From Anthoceros angustus (lineage: Eukaryota; Plantae; Anthocerotophyta), in contig VJWM01000187.1 in NCBI GenBank assembly GCA_010909165.1, positions 62,001-126,000 of the forward strand: a stretch of 64,000 bases of DNA, in the 5' to 3' direction. Under the pieces are notes generated by a model. It ran no database searches. It saw nothing but the letters and a program-made list of their open reading frames with translations, and was not told the DNA's origin. How positions within the stretch are numbered: position 1 is the stretch's first letter; the number at the start of each line of letters is the position of its first letter. The position numbers were made by a program, and so were the translations under genes. Shown piece after piece: positions 23,418-35,765 of this stretch.

Positions 23418-24820
23418 GAGCAATGGCTAGCAGCAGGTTTTCCGGGAAGAGCTCCCCCTGACCTGACTTCAAGGAACCAAGGTTTAGGAAGGAAGCCAGG
23501 AGATGCACCACCTCGAACTCCAAAACGATCTTGGAGGATGGTTCTGACCCTGACAGGCGTGCCTGCAGGACATAAAGTGGCGTAACGGGTGAAACCGTGA
23601 GCAAGCTATGCCATCAGGGTCATCTCCGTGAGGCTGTTGAGGCTTTGGGAGTTCTGGTGCAGATAGGATGTTACATTTCCGTATCTCTGTTTTATGCTGT
23701 CCTGAAGGAATGTGTAGTCCAGAACGATCTTGCTCTGTGTGGCCGTGTACATGATTTCACGGTGAGAATGGGTTTGGTGAACATGTATGCAAAGTGTGGC
23801 AGCTTGGAATTTGCTCAAGGCGTTTGTCACGGACTTGGTCAGAAGGATGTGTGATTGGAATGCCATGATAGCAGGGTATTCCCAGCAGGGCATGTTCGAG
23901 GAAGCTTTTTGTCTAAACAGTATGATGCAAGAAGGAGGCTTCGCTGTACCCAGTTGCGTGACATTTGTGTGCCTCCTCCAAGCATGTGGAAGTGTTGGGG
24001 CCCCGGCGTTGGAAAAGGGGATGCAACTTCATGAGCAAATTAGAGAACAAGGACATCAAGCTGATGTGTTGGTAGCCACCGGTTTGGTAAACATGTATGC
24101 AAAGTGTGTCAGCCTAGAGGATTGCTCAGGGAGTGTTTGAAGATCTTGGTAAAAAAGATTTGGTGACATGAAATGCGATGATAGCAGGATATTGCCAGCA
24201 GGGAATGGATCAGGAAGCCCCTTGTCTATACACGGTTATGCAAGAAGAAGGCTTGGCTGAACCCAATTCTGTGACATTTGTATCCCTTGCGGGCATGTGC
24301 AAGTGTGGGCACCCCAGCTCTGGAGACGGGAAAGGAGGTTTATGCAGACGTTAGAAAGCAAGGACATCTCGCTGATGTCTTTGTAGCCAGCAGCTTGGTA
24401 GACTTGTTTGCCAAATGTGAGAGCCTAGAAGATGCTCAGAGCGTTTTTCACGGACTTAGGCGAAAGGATGTAGTGACATGGAATGCCATGATAGCAGGCT
24501 ACGCCCAGGAGGGTATGGTGCAGGAAGCCCTTCATGTCTACAGTGCTATTCAAGAGGAAGGCATTGTTCTGTCCAGTCCTGTGACATTTGTGTGCCTGCT
24601 GCAGGCATGTGCCACTGTGGGGACCGCAGCTCTGGACAAGGGGAAGCAGCTTTGTGCACAAATCAAAGAACAAGGACATGAAGCTGATGTATTGGTGCCG
24701 CCGGGAGGGGCATGGAAGCCGCCGGGACAGAGCTGGTGGGCAGATATGGAAGGACAGGTGCATAGCTTTCTGGTTGGGGCTAACAAGCACCTCAAGAGAA
24801 AAGGAAGGCTGACCCGGTAA
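23418..24820 (+). pseudogene. Decayed PLS-PPR (WW-type) pseudogene, inverted relative to its neighbours
   Basis: Shared leader (GRAP), SKLCHQGHLREAVEAL and fragmented triplets with stops and frameshifts. An internal deletion jumps directly to GAWKPPGQSWWADMEGQVHSFLVG. Confidence 0.85.
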
Positions 24821-25112
24821 GTTCGACAGCATCATCAGGATTTGGTTCTCAGAATCCTTATGGCCATGGAAGGAGACGATCATCTCTGAGCACTTTCCCG
24901 TACATACCATGGGAAAGGCTACCTCGGAAAGCTTGCAATAACGCCGGTTTCGCCAGAGTGTTAGGCGTCGATTCGAAGTGGCGAAATGTGGCGAATCTGG
25001 TTTTGCAAGAAGACATCTGCATGCAGGGATCGGAGCCCGGATCGATCCTGAGGTTGTTGAGGAAGAACGATGCGGATGCAACGACCTGCAGCGACGGAAA
25101 TCGCTGCCTGTC

Positions 25113-26580
25113 ATGATCATCTTTAACCCCGCTGCGGCATCAGGATGCCGACATGCACGCACATTACTGGGCGGCGTTGCGAACAGAGCTTCGTACAACA
25201 GAACCGTGGCGCCTGCGCTGGGATCGATTTGCTGGTACTCAGAGACGCCAACACCGAGCCAGGGAACAGTCGCGTATCTGCGGAATTGGAAGAACGGAGC
25301 GCACCTCTACCTTGTGGGCACAGCGCATATTTCAGCTCAGAGTGCTGAGCAAGTACGGCAGGTGTGTGATCCAGTGGACATGGTCTACAGGTTGCATTCT
25401 TCCGCGACTGTCAAATGTTGAGCTCACCGGGAACACTTCTGATTCATGTGTTGCAGGTGATCAACGAGGTGAAACCTGACGCTATTGCGGTATGGCGTCT
25501 TCTAAGCTAGCATAAACCTGAGCCTGGATGTCGATACTGGTAGCCCTCGTGCTGCGTATTGCACTGACCGGAGCTCCTACTTCCTTGCCTGCTTTTGTCT
25601 GCGTGGTTGGACCATGTGGCCGCTGTAGGTTGAGTTGTGCGAAGCAAGAGTAAAGAGCCTGCAGTCTGAAAACAGAGCGCCTAAGAGCTTCATCGAATTG
25701 CTTAAGATAGTTTTCGGAACCAAAGGAGGGCCAGGGCAGAAACTTCTCGGCTTGGTCATGCACAGCTTCTACGAGCATTTGCGCACCTTAGGGTTGGAGC
25801 CTGGGAAGGAATTCCAAGTTAGTAGAGCTGCAGAAACAAACTTGGGAACCTGAGGGAGGACTGACGGTGTCGTTGGGGAATGGTCCCTATTGCTGCCAGG
25901 TTGAGAAGCTCACAATAACTGATGTGTCGTTTTGCAGGTAGCCATTCAGGAGGCTGAACGCCTGGGAATAAAGCTCTACTGCATTGATCAGGATGTCAAT
26001 GTGCGTATATCTGGTTATAATCCAATGGGCTGTTTATCAGATTTGAACTTGGGTGCTGTTTTTCCATTGTCAAATGCATGTTTTCATCGAAACAAAGAGT
26101 TATCTTTGTTGCAGCAGATGTAGTATGTCCCTCCCTTGGTTACTCTAGTTTTTGCAGGTTACAATGAAGAGGTTATGGGATGCCCTTTCTGTGCGGGATC
26201 TCTTCCGCTTGTATACGCAGGTACCCAAACCCTGGGTTCATCAAGCTATGGCCGCCAGTCGGACTGGCAACCCCGGCGAATGGGTAGAAAGTGTCAAGAC
26301 AAGGGAAGTCGTGAGGAGCATGTTTCAGGACATGGAAGCAGCAGCGCCAAATGTGGTCCGTTTCCGAGTTTTACGACTGCAGTAGCAATGGTTCTCCCTT
26401 CAACCTCAGTGCAGATGTCATTCAATGTCGTTTGTGCACATTCAGGTAAGAGTGTTAGTGCATGAGAGGGATGAGGTAATGGCAAAACAACTACGACAGT
26501 ACGAAGGAACCATCGTTGGCGTTGTGGGTATGGCTCATATGGATGGTATCGAGCGCAGATGGAGAGAAGCTGATCAATAG
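25113..26580 (+). CDS. TraB/PrgY-domain protein, multi-exon
   Basis: Spliced motifs LYLVGTAHISAQSAEQV / VINEVKPDAIA / VELCEAR / GLEPGKEFQ / VAIQEAERLG..DQDVN / VTMKRLW / VLVHERDEVM..VGVVGMAHMDGIERRW*. Introns are GT-AG. The start Met is inferred. Confidence 0.85.
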
Positions 26581-26879
26581 GCAGACCGTTCAAGCTAGGT
26601 AGGCGGGAGCAGGCTCAACAGGTGATGTACACGAGCCCAGTACTATTTACAATCAGGGTATTTCCGCGTGACTTTCCTCTAGCAGTCTCTAAAATGATCT
26701 GGGGAATTCCGTGTTACGGAAAGTCTGTTCGCTCGACGTCATTGCAACCTGTCGGCGTTGTTTTTGGCAGGAAAAAACCGATGCTTCCGGATGTTCTCAA
26801 ATCGCCAAAAGGTAGAAGAACTTATGTGATCGGAGACAGATGCTGCTTTGCTATGGTATGCGATAAACACCGCATCACT

Positions 26880-27230
26880 TTAGGGCCTGTGAAGAAGTCA
26901 GAAAATGCAGCGTCCATCGTCCAGTTCAGTACACGTTACAGTCATTTCCACCAGACAAGTGCCCACAGTCATGTTTTTTTGTGTGGCCTGCCGTAAGGCA
27001 CAAGCACTTGAGCACGCCATCAGGAAGGCAAGAAAGAGTAACGTTGTCCGCCACAATCAGGCCCTCCTGCTCCATTTTTCCATATGGATCAAGTGCCTCT
27101 TGGCCGAGCCCCTAATTTGCATAGCCAGTCTTGTGTAAGAAGCACCTCGGTGTTACCGGCAGTTAAGTATCCGGCACCTTCCAGATCGCCGCGTTTGCAT
27201 ACATGACGCCACCGGAATCAGGCCCCGCCT
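26880..27230 (-). pseudogene. Heavily decayed PPR remnant (KP-gene-like motifs)
   Basis: The minus strand reads MYANAAIWK (frame-broken S motif), GLGQEALDPYGKMEQEGLIVADNVT and TVGTCLVEM..ELDD, resembling the triplet of the KP-type genes. Confidence 0.5.
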
Positions 27231-27505
27231 CCACTGTCAGGACCTCGGGCGCACTCATCACGCCTCCCACAGCTACAGGCTGAATCTGGCTAGCGCAGCC
27301 TCAATTCCACTGAATCTGACCCCACTTGCATGCCTGCACCCCCGATCCCTGATCTCCTACAGTTGCTCGTACCTTGCAGGTGCGCTCGCAGGACTACGTA
27401 ACGCAGCCAGATTGCAAGCCTCCATAAGAGGCAGGTGCGTGACCCACAAGCCCCGCAGTATTCTCTGGCATACAGGCTTGAGTACTGGCTAGTTCTTCAT
27501 TGCTC

Positions 27506-29660
27506 TCACGGTCGACCCTTACAACTGCAACAACCAGCTGCAAATCGATGCACACGGTACCCATCCCTCACAACAATGTCTCTCTGTTCAAGCATTGACA
27601 TGATGTCCGTGGAACTGTGGCAGTCACTGCACATGCGTAGATTCTTCGTTACCACCAGAGGTGTCCCACTCGGAGTGTTCAACAAACCAAACGCCAGAGC
27701 TAGCTTCTCGGCATGCCCACAAAGCACATCTTCCTTTTCCTTCTCACACACAGGCTTCAACACCAACTTTGTGTGAGGCACGTGGCCCCCTTCCTGCTTC
27801 AGACGTGCATTGGTGCTCTCTACCTTAAGCGCGATATCCTCCCTCCTTTCTCCCACCAAAAACCTCTGCACCTGCTTATTCACCTCAATGCTCGCCACTG
27901 CACGTTTCTTGTTAGCTCCTGCAACCTTTCTCAGTGTCTCAATCCTGTCTACATCGGTCCACCTGCCTGCATCTGCGTAGGCATTGGCCATGAGCACATA
28001 CGCAGACGCCCTTTGAGGGTCCAGCCTAATAATGCTTTCAAAACACCACATCGCCCTCTCCAAATCCCCGTGACCTTTGCAGGCATTTAACAACGACGTC
28101 AAGCCCACAACATTGCTTTGGCCCTCACATGATAATAGCATCTTCTCTGCCTCATCTAAGTGGCCGGCACGACCAAGAAGATCAATCATGCAATTGCAAT
28201 GCTCAAGAGTCGGTTTGATGCCATGCTGTTCAGCCATGGAATCATAGTGCTTGCGACCCTCGTGGACCAGTCCCTTATGACTGCATGCTACTAGAAGGCA
28301 AGTAAAAGTAGCACCATCAGGCTGAATACCGGCAACTAACATCTCCTCAAAACAAGCTAGTGCCCTGTGACCATCATCACAAGTACCATACCCAGATATC
28401 AGGGCAGTCCATGTCACATGTCTCACCATTGTCCGCAAGTCCTGTTCTGAATATGCTGTCAAAAACCCGGCGTGCGTCTTCCAGTTCACCACATTTTGCA
28501 TACATGTCCACCAGGCAGTTAGCCACCAGTATGTCATCCAGCAGTCCTCTTTCGACAATCTGCGAGTGCAGCTGCCTCCCCTTCTGTAAGGCACCAGTGC
28601 TTGCACAGGCCTTCAGAAGGCAAGCAAAAGTAACATGGTCAGCTGAAACGAGGCCTTCTTGCTCCATTTGTCCATACGTGACAAGCACCTCTTGGCCGAG
28701 TCCTCTTGGCCGATATCAGGGCGGTCCACGTCACCACATCCTTTGTGTTCATGTTGTCAAAAACCTGGCGTGCATCTTCCAGTTCACCACATTTTGCATA
28801 CATGTCCACCAGGCAGGTGCCCACCAGTCTGTCATCCAGCAGTCCTCTTTCAACAATCAGCGAGGCAGCTGCCTGCCCTTCTATAAGGCACCAGTGCTTG
28901 CACAGGCCTTCAGAAGGCAAGCAAAAGTGACATGGTTAGCCAAAATGAACCCCTCCTGCTCCATTCGTCCATACAAAACAAGTGCCTCATGGCCGAGCCC
29001 ATACTGTCAAACACCTGGCGTGCATCTTTCAGCTCGCCACACTTCGCATACATGTCCACCAGACAGTTGCCAACAAACAGATTGGTAGGAATGCCACTGT
29101 GCAACACGTCACAGTGCACTTTTTTGCCAGATTCCAAGTCGGAGGCAAATGCACAAGCTTGAAGGACAGCTACAAAGACGTGACCATTCGCCTTCACCCC
29201 TGACCTCCGCATCTCATGGTACAGTTGTATGGCCTCATTAGGCTTCCCATGTTTAGCATGTGCAGAGATGATGGAACCCCACGTGATAACATCTGGTTTG
29301 CCTAACCTGGTGAACACATCCATGGCCTCCACTAGCCTCCCTCCACATGCATACATGCGCAAGATACGGTTCCCCAAGTATGCATTTGACTCGTACCCAA
29401 GTTTGACACTGAGATAATGAACTCGTCGACCCACAACCAAATCCTTCTTAGCTGTGCACAGTTTCAGCAATATCCAAGGAAACGAGCTGCTCATCAACCC
29501 AAGCTGGCTTAAACATGTTTTACCACAGCACCTCGCCGGACCCCTTACGCCGGAAGTCAGGCGAACGGGAGCTCTTCTTATCTTGTAGGGTTGTCCCACC
29601 AGATGGTAGGCTCCAGAAAAAATTGTCGCCACAAGTGCTCCTGCTCCTGCATGTAGCATA
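27506..29660 (-). pseudogene. PLS-PPR with intact DYW:KP (GRP-ending) domain but frameshifted and deleted N-terminal half
   Basis: The C-terminal ORF ends [33 protein letters not shown]. The 5' part has frameshifts, and about 200 bp present in the paralog (~49262-49468) are missing. Confidence 0.8.
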
Positions 29661-30146
29661 TCAGGATTTTGGTACGGGTGCTTGCATAGTTTAGGCTAAT
29701 TGTACGCTGACAGCTAGTTTTCATGCATAGCCGATCTACTCGATTCACCGGCTATTTCCTTGTATGCCCGTCCTTGCATCTACCAATCTATACATAAACA
29801 GTGGACCAAACAACTTTCTTTAACGGCCTAGTATTTCCAAGGGAGTGCCGGCTTCCTTTGTGTGAGCTCTTTAGTGCGAGATTATTTATTTTCAAAGTTG
29901 AAGTTTATAATTGTGAACAATTCCTAGAAAATAGACTTTCCTCGTGTAGGAAGCTAAGAAAGCATCCGGTGCCATGGTTGCTCTATAAAGCAAACATGCT
30001 TTGAAGAATGTGGATGGTAAAGACCTACAAACTTGCGGAACACCAAAAACTTAGTGCGAGTATTGCACTCACCTGTAAAACTAGCACATGGATGCCACAC
30101 CGCGACAACTAGTTATGTGATTAGAACCCTAACCATAACAAGCAAA

Positions 30147-30272
30147 AAGCTTGACACTCATCACACAAGTCCCTTATGTTGCAGCCTCAAGCTTGACACT
30201 CATCACACAAGTCCCTTATATTGCAGCCTCAAGCTTGACACTCATCACACAAATCCCTTAGGTTGTAGCCTA
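30147..30272. repeat. 42-bp tandem repeat x3
   Basis: aagcttgacactcatcacacaagtcccttatgttgcagcctc at 30147, 30189 and 30231. Confidence 0.9.
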
Positions 30273-30397
30273 GACTTAAAGTTGTATGCTTCACCGCTTG
30301 CGCTTACGTACACTTCCATCACATACAACACTGCTTTACTACTCTCGCTCGCAAACTAGCAATAACTAGTGCTGCAGAATGTTTAGCCAGTGGCTAA

Positions 30398-31617
30398 GGG
30401 CAAGATTGGTCAAGAATGAACCATCTTGGTTCTGAGAATATTGATGCACAACTTGAGGATAATTATTTACTTCCTATTAGTGTGTATTCTACCACTTGTA
30501 AGGATAGGAACTCTAGTCAAACTCTTTCTTTGTCAATAGACACTGGAAGTAGTTTGACATGGGCACAACTAGATGGGTGTGAAGTGTGTTTTCAAACAGG
30601 GGAAGCCGATTTCTCGCCTAAAGATTCACACACTTGCAGTGCACTCTCATGTAAAGATCCACTTTGTCATTCAGGTGCAGACGTGACACGAAATTGCCAG
30701 CGTACCCGAATCGGAAACGATGAACTGTGTGCTTACAAAGTAAAGTATGGAGATGGAATAATAACATATGGATGGCTTTTTAACTGACACGTTATCTCTT
30801 GGAAGTGTTGACGATGGATCAGACTTCACAGAATTTTTATTTACATTCGGTGTTGGTAATATACAAAGAGGGATGTTTACCCCAGATGAGTCAGGAGTAC
30901 TTGGCCTTAGTAGAGGAGATTTATCCATGAATACACAACTGCATCCGTTCACTGGTGGTGTATTTGGATGGTGCTTATTACCAGCATCGGAATCTTACTA
31001 CGGAGACACCGGAAAACTGGTATTTGGAGATGCTACTTTATTTGTTGATAAACGTTTATTAAGCACTATTTCTTTATTGGTCAATAGTAAATTTCCAGAC
31101 ACCTATTATTATGTAAAAATTGTCAATATGTATGTGGATTCATACAGATTTTACATCCCTCAAGACCAATTTGACATCAAGGCTGACGGCAGTGGAGGTA
31201 CTATAATTGATACCGGAACTATAGTGACATACTTTAGTCAAACCATATACGATATTATTGCGAAGGATGTAATGTTTCAAATGATGCCAAATCGTCCAAT
31301 AACATCGAAAAACTTCCATTTATGTTATCCTGAAACTCCTGGAATGCATCTTGTAGATGTTTCTTTTGAGTTCGATGATCCAAAAAATCCTATTAAGTGG
31401 ACCACTCAAAAATCTATGGATAAAAACGAAGCAAGATCAACATCCCCTTAAAAATATGATATGTCTTATGATCGCTCCAAAAGCCAATGGTGAATTTCCT
31501 CAAAATGTGATAGGAAGCTTAATGCAAAGAAATACCTTCATAGCAGTGGATACTCATGATTCTAAGGTATATTTTAGGCAAGAACTTGCTCCCAAATGTG
31601 AACTTAATTGGTTGTAA
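30398..31617 (+). pseudogene. A1-family (nepenthesin/CDR1-like) aspartic protease, 5'-truncated and frameshifted
   Basis: SIDTGSSLTW and IIDTGTIVTY catalytic motifs, YGDG motif and IGSLMQRN. The signal peptide of the paralog is missing, and there are frameshifts near 30780 and 31400. Confidence 0.85.
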
Positions 31618-31900
31618 GGTTTTTTTAGTATGTTATTAGAGCTAGCTCATTTTAGATAGTAGGTTTTAAAACCTTACAACCCATCACCTACTATAGCTAG
31701 CTCTAGCTGATAGGCTTTCTAAGCTCATTGTAAGGTTTTTAATTTAAACTTTGCTGGACTGTGATGACTAGCGTGACAGCCCATTGTTAAGGCTGCTCTT
31801 TGCATTATTTTTTGTTAATCGAAAGCCGAGCTTGTCCCGCCGGAACGGACGAGCTTGAAAACATTGTGATAACTTTTAATAAACTCAACTTCCTCAGCTC

Positions 31901-31973
31901 GGGGGAGTAGCTCAAATGGTAGAGCGCCCGTTTCGCATACGGGAGGTAACGGGATCGATGCCCGTCTTCTCCA
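31901..31973 (+). tRNA. trnA-CGC: tRNA-Ala(CGC)
   Basis: Full cloverleaf: acceptor GGGGGAG/CTTCTCC with the G3:U70 Ala determinant; anticodon stem CCCGT/ACGGG with loop TTCGCAT; T-loop ATCGATG. Confidence 0.95.
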
Positions 31974-32338
31974 CAATCTGACAGAAGAATGAAAAGGTGT
32001 TCGCTTTTTCCGTTCTTTAAAGTCATGTAATATGTTCTAAGACGGTTTGGGTTGGCGGCGGCGGCGGCCAGTGACACCCTTCGATGACATTCATCGCAGT
32101 ACATATGTACTGTTAAAAGGACTGTTTCATGACAGTTGGTGTCACTGCACCTCCTTGCCTCTCATCATGGCGCCCTGCTTTGTCGCAGTGATGGAAAGAG
32201 TGGGCACTTGGCTGGCGGTGGTGCGCTCCTGGAGTGACGCTCCTCGACATTGGAGAGCTCAGCAATGTCCGACCTGCGGCGCTGTCGTCTGAGAGGCCCT
32301 GGAATTTTCGGGCGGGGGCGGCAGGATTTGGGGTGGGC

Positions 32339-34773
32339 ATGGACTCCCAGACTTCACGCTGCGGTGCCCACAGCCGGAAACGGGCTGTCAGAATCGGGGC
32401 ACCTGCGAATTGGGCGAAGCGGGTGGCGAATCGGTTTCTGGGCTGGCTGCAGGACGAGTGGGAAACTTCGGATGCCCTCAGGCCTGTGGTCCGCTTCTGG
32501 AACAAGCATGTCACATTTTACCGTCTGCATCTCACCTACTTCATCGTCTTCGCCGTGGTGGGCACCTTGCTCGTCTGGCTGTCCCCCAAGCGGAACGGCC
32601 AAGTCCCGCTCATCGACGCGCTGTTCGGCGTCACCTCCGCTCTGTGCGTGACGGGCCTGTTCAGTCTGAAGATGGAGCAGTTGTCGGTGTTCGACGAGTC
32701 GGTGCTCATGGTGCTGATGCTGCTGGGGAGCCAGGTGTTCACTTCCCTGTTGCCGGTTTTTGTGAGAAGGTTTTATTTCCACCGCTATCTGAGGAAGTAT
32801 ACTCGGGACAAGGGCAGGCTGGAGAAGGGTGCCGGGGGCACTGACCTGGAGGAGAATCCGAAGCCTGTGTTGCAGACCCAGAGCTTGGGGAGAGGTACCG
32901 GTGTTGGGTTGGAGTCTCCCAGGTGGTCGGAGGATGAGCAGATTCAAGATGAGATAGTGCACCACACTTGGTCTGGGGAGATGTCCAGGAAGGAGGCCCA
33001 GAAGCTGGCCATGGTGAGGAACATCTCCAAGGCTCTCAGTGCCAGGCTGGCGGAGAGGGAAGGCGTTAGGATTTCCAAGAGAATGCAGCAGGGTGGAGAG
33101 GGTAACGAGGATGAGGAGTTTATGGATTTGCCGACATCCAAGACTCTGGAGCATGAGGCTTTGACGTACCTGAGCTGGCTCGTTCCTGTTTACTTCTTCG
33201 GAGTCCAGGTTGCAGGCTTTTGTATCGTTCTTCTCTACTTCGTCGCCGCACCTCATGCTCTGCAAGCTCTCAAGGAGCGAGACGTGAATCGCACCTTCTT
33301 TGCCATGTTCACGTCTGTGTCTGCATTTGCAAATGCTGGGCTTACCCCGATTGATGAGAGCATGGTGCCGTTCAGGAAGTCTGTCCTTCTGCTCCTGAAT
33401 TACGGGGTTCTCATACTGGTGGGCAACACTCTCTTCGCACCTGTCATGAGGTTCTTCATCTGGGTGCTGTCCCGTGTGGCCAGGAGGAAGAGCAGGGCTG
33501 TGTGCAAGTATCTTCTGGATCATCCTCGGAAGTGTTACACTCACCTGTTCCCTCGAGATCAGACCCTTTGGCTTGTTCTCACGGTCATGGCATTCAATGC
33601 AGTTGAGTTCATTGCTTTCTGCGCTCTGGACTGGAGGTCGTCTGCCCTGAAAGGGTTGGGGCCAGGCTACAAGGTGGCTGATGGCCTCTTTCAGTCCATC
33701 AACACTCGCAGCTCAGGCTTCCAAGTGATCAATTTGGCCCAGCTCTCCTCCGCCATGCTTGTGCTGTATGTGGGCATGATGTGAGTCCAAGCCAATCCAA
33801 TGCCTGGTGCCTTGTTTTCATACTGATGTAATCTGTTGCTGCATCTTGTTGGACTGCTTAGTTCTTCAATGCTGCCAAAGGTGACAAGAAGTTTCTCGTG
33901 TTTCAGGTACATCGCAGCTTACCCTGTCTTCTTGTCTCGTCAGAACACGAAGGCAGCACAGGAAGTTTATGACGAATCAGATCTTGGCGTGTACGCCAAT
34001 AACTGGGAATCAGAGTTAGTGGACAGCAAGATATCGGTGCAAGCCAGGAATCTTCTAGCACGTGATTCTGCTTACTTATTCGTGTCCGTGTTCTTGATCT
34101 GCATCCTCCATAACAGACAGACCAAGAACGATCCTCTCAACTTCTCCATCTTCAACATCATTTTCGAGGTCATCAGGTGAGTTGCAGCCTCCTCTGCGCA
34201 ACACCAGCTGCAGGCAGAGTTTTCATGTCAGCTGCCTCACACTCACTTGTGCTTCAAATATGCAGTGCTTACGGAAACGTGGGACTGTCCGTGGGCTATA
34301 GCTGCGATTTAGCAAGAAAAGTGCAGCAGAACATCGACTGCAAAGACGTATCCTTCAGTTTCTCTGGCAAGTGGAATTCAGGAGGCAAGGCTATACTTGT
34401 AGTGGTCATGTTCCTGGGTAGACATCGAGGGCTGCCAGACAACATCGATTCCGCAGTGAAGCTGCCTCGGCGTAAGGAGTTTGATGTCAAGAGAACCCGA
34501 AGCCTTTCAAGGTTTAGGGATCCTGTGCTGTGGACTTCAGTGCAAGGGAGAAGTTCTCGTGGAGGCTTCGACATGAGTGCACCACCAGGAGAGACCACAA
34601 CCATTGAAGCTTCCTCACTCCGCCAGGACAACACCCCAAACCCTAGGCCTGCTCAAACCCTAGACCAGGGAGTCATGGAGGTTAGTGGGAGCACATGCAG
34701 GCAGTCAAACCCGGAGCCTGAAGCTGTTGCTTGCCGTGACCATGCCATTTCCATGGAGAGCACCACAGCATAG
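32339..34773 (+). CDS. HKT: HKT/Trk-family cation transporter (TrkH domain), 3 exons
   Basis: Four pore loops (SALCVTGL, SAFANAGL, NTRSSGF, SAYGNVGLS), HPRKCYTHLFP and MFLGRHRGLP. Introns are at ~33782-33907 and ~34177-34265. Confidence 0.92.
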
Positions 34774-35262
34774 GAGTAGATCTCCAGTCTGCAGACAGCA
34801 AGAGTATAGGTAGGATCTGTGTACAGTATATCTTACAGTCGGCCTGGCCGGCAATCAAAACGGTAGCTTGTTCCAATGCCATCGAATTCTCCCCCGCGCT
34901 TCTGGCGAAACCGGCAGCGAACGTGGGACTGGGACGGCGTTGTGGCGAATGTCTCGCAAGCATGGGACCGTACCATGGCCTTCCCATTCACGGATTCAAC
35001 ATTTGATTGCAGAAGTAGTGCACGGCGCGACGCAGGCAAGCTTGATTGCAAGACATATGTGGCCATCGTTCCTTGGAGTTGAGGAAGAAATCCGCTATAG
35101 GGCTGGTCATTCTGGTCAGAAGGCCCTGAATTTTACAGCTTTCTTCCTCTTCTGCCTCTTCCTTCGTCAAGCCAGCAAACTGCAGGTCACGTTTTGGTCC
35201 CGGTGTCTGATCAGTTATGTGTTTCGCTTGGAAGACGTCACTGAAGCTTTGCCCGCACAGCC

Positions 35263-35572
35263 ATGGCCATGGTTGGGATTGCGGCGAGTGTTGGCCTGCT
35301 CATGATCATGTGTGCTGCTGCCTATGTGCTGCTCGGCCTCTCCCACCCCCACATCGATATCGCACTGACGCGGCAGGCTCCTGGCTGTCCTGCAAGGCCT
35401 CCTTCTACGGCCCTCAGGACGGCATGCATGCGTTCTGGATTGCAGGGTGCCGTGCTCCTGCGGTGCCCAAACTGTGGCATTCGCAATGGACGCGAATTGC
35501 AACCCCTATTGGATCGCCTTTGTGGTGAAGTTCCAAGCAGGTGATGGCGATTTCCACTCTGTTCAACTCAAG
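35263..35572 (+). pseudogene. Beta-expansin-like remnant
   Basis: A frame absent from the ORF track reads RVPCSCGAQTVAFAMDANCNPYWIAFVVKFQAGDGDFHSVQLK (35432-35572), matching the expansin RVPC..NPY..GDGD motif. A signal-peptide-like segment lies in another frame. Most of domain 1 and the C-terminus are absent. Confidence 0.6.
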
Positions 35573-35604
35573 GTATGTACAAGGAATTCTAGAGATCATT
35601 TCGT

Positions 35605-35765
35605 GAGGTGAGTGAGGGTGAACATCTTGGCACAATTATAAATATATAATCAGAAGGGAGGTGAGTGAGGGTGAAAATCTTGGCACAGTTATAAATATAT
35701 AGTTAGAAGGGAGGTGAGTGAGGGTGAAAATCTTGGCACAATTATAAATATGTAGTTAGAAGGGA
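35605..35765. repeat. 53-bp tandem repeat x3 (a further copy at ~36377)
   Basis: gaggtgagtgagggtgaa(c/a)atcttggcaca.ttataaatat unit starts at 35605, 35658 and 35711. Confidence 0.9.

Noticed and set aside
31901-32341. Dicistronic tRNA-Ala/HKT transcript
   Set aside because: A T5 Pol III terminator follows the tRNA within ~40 nt; proximity alone is expected in a compact genome.
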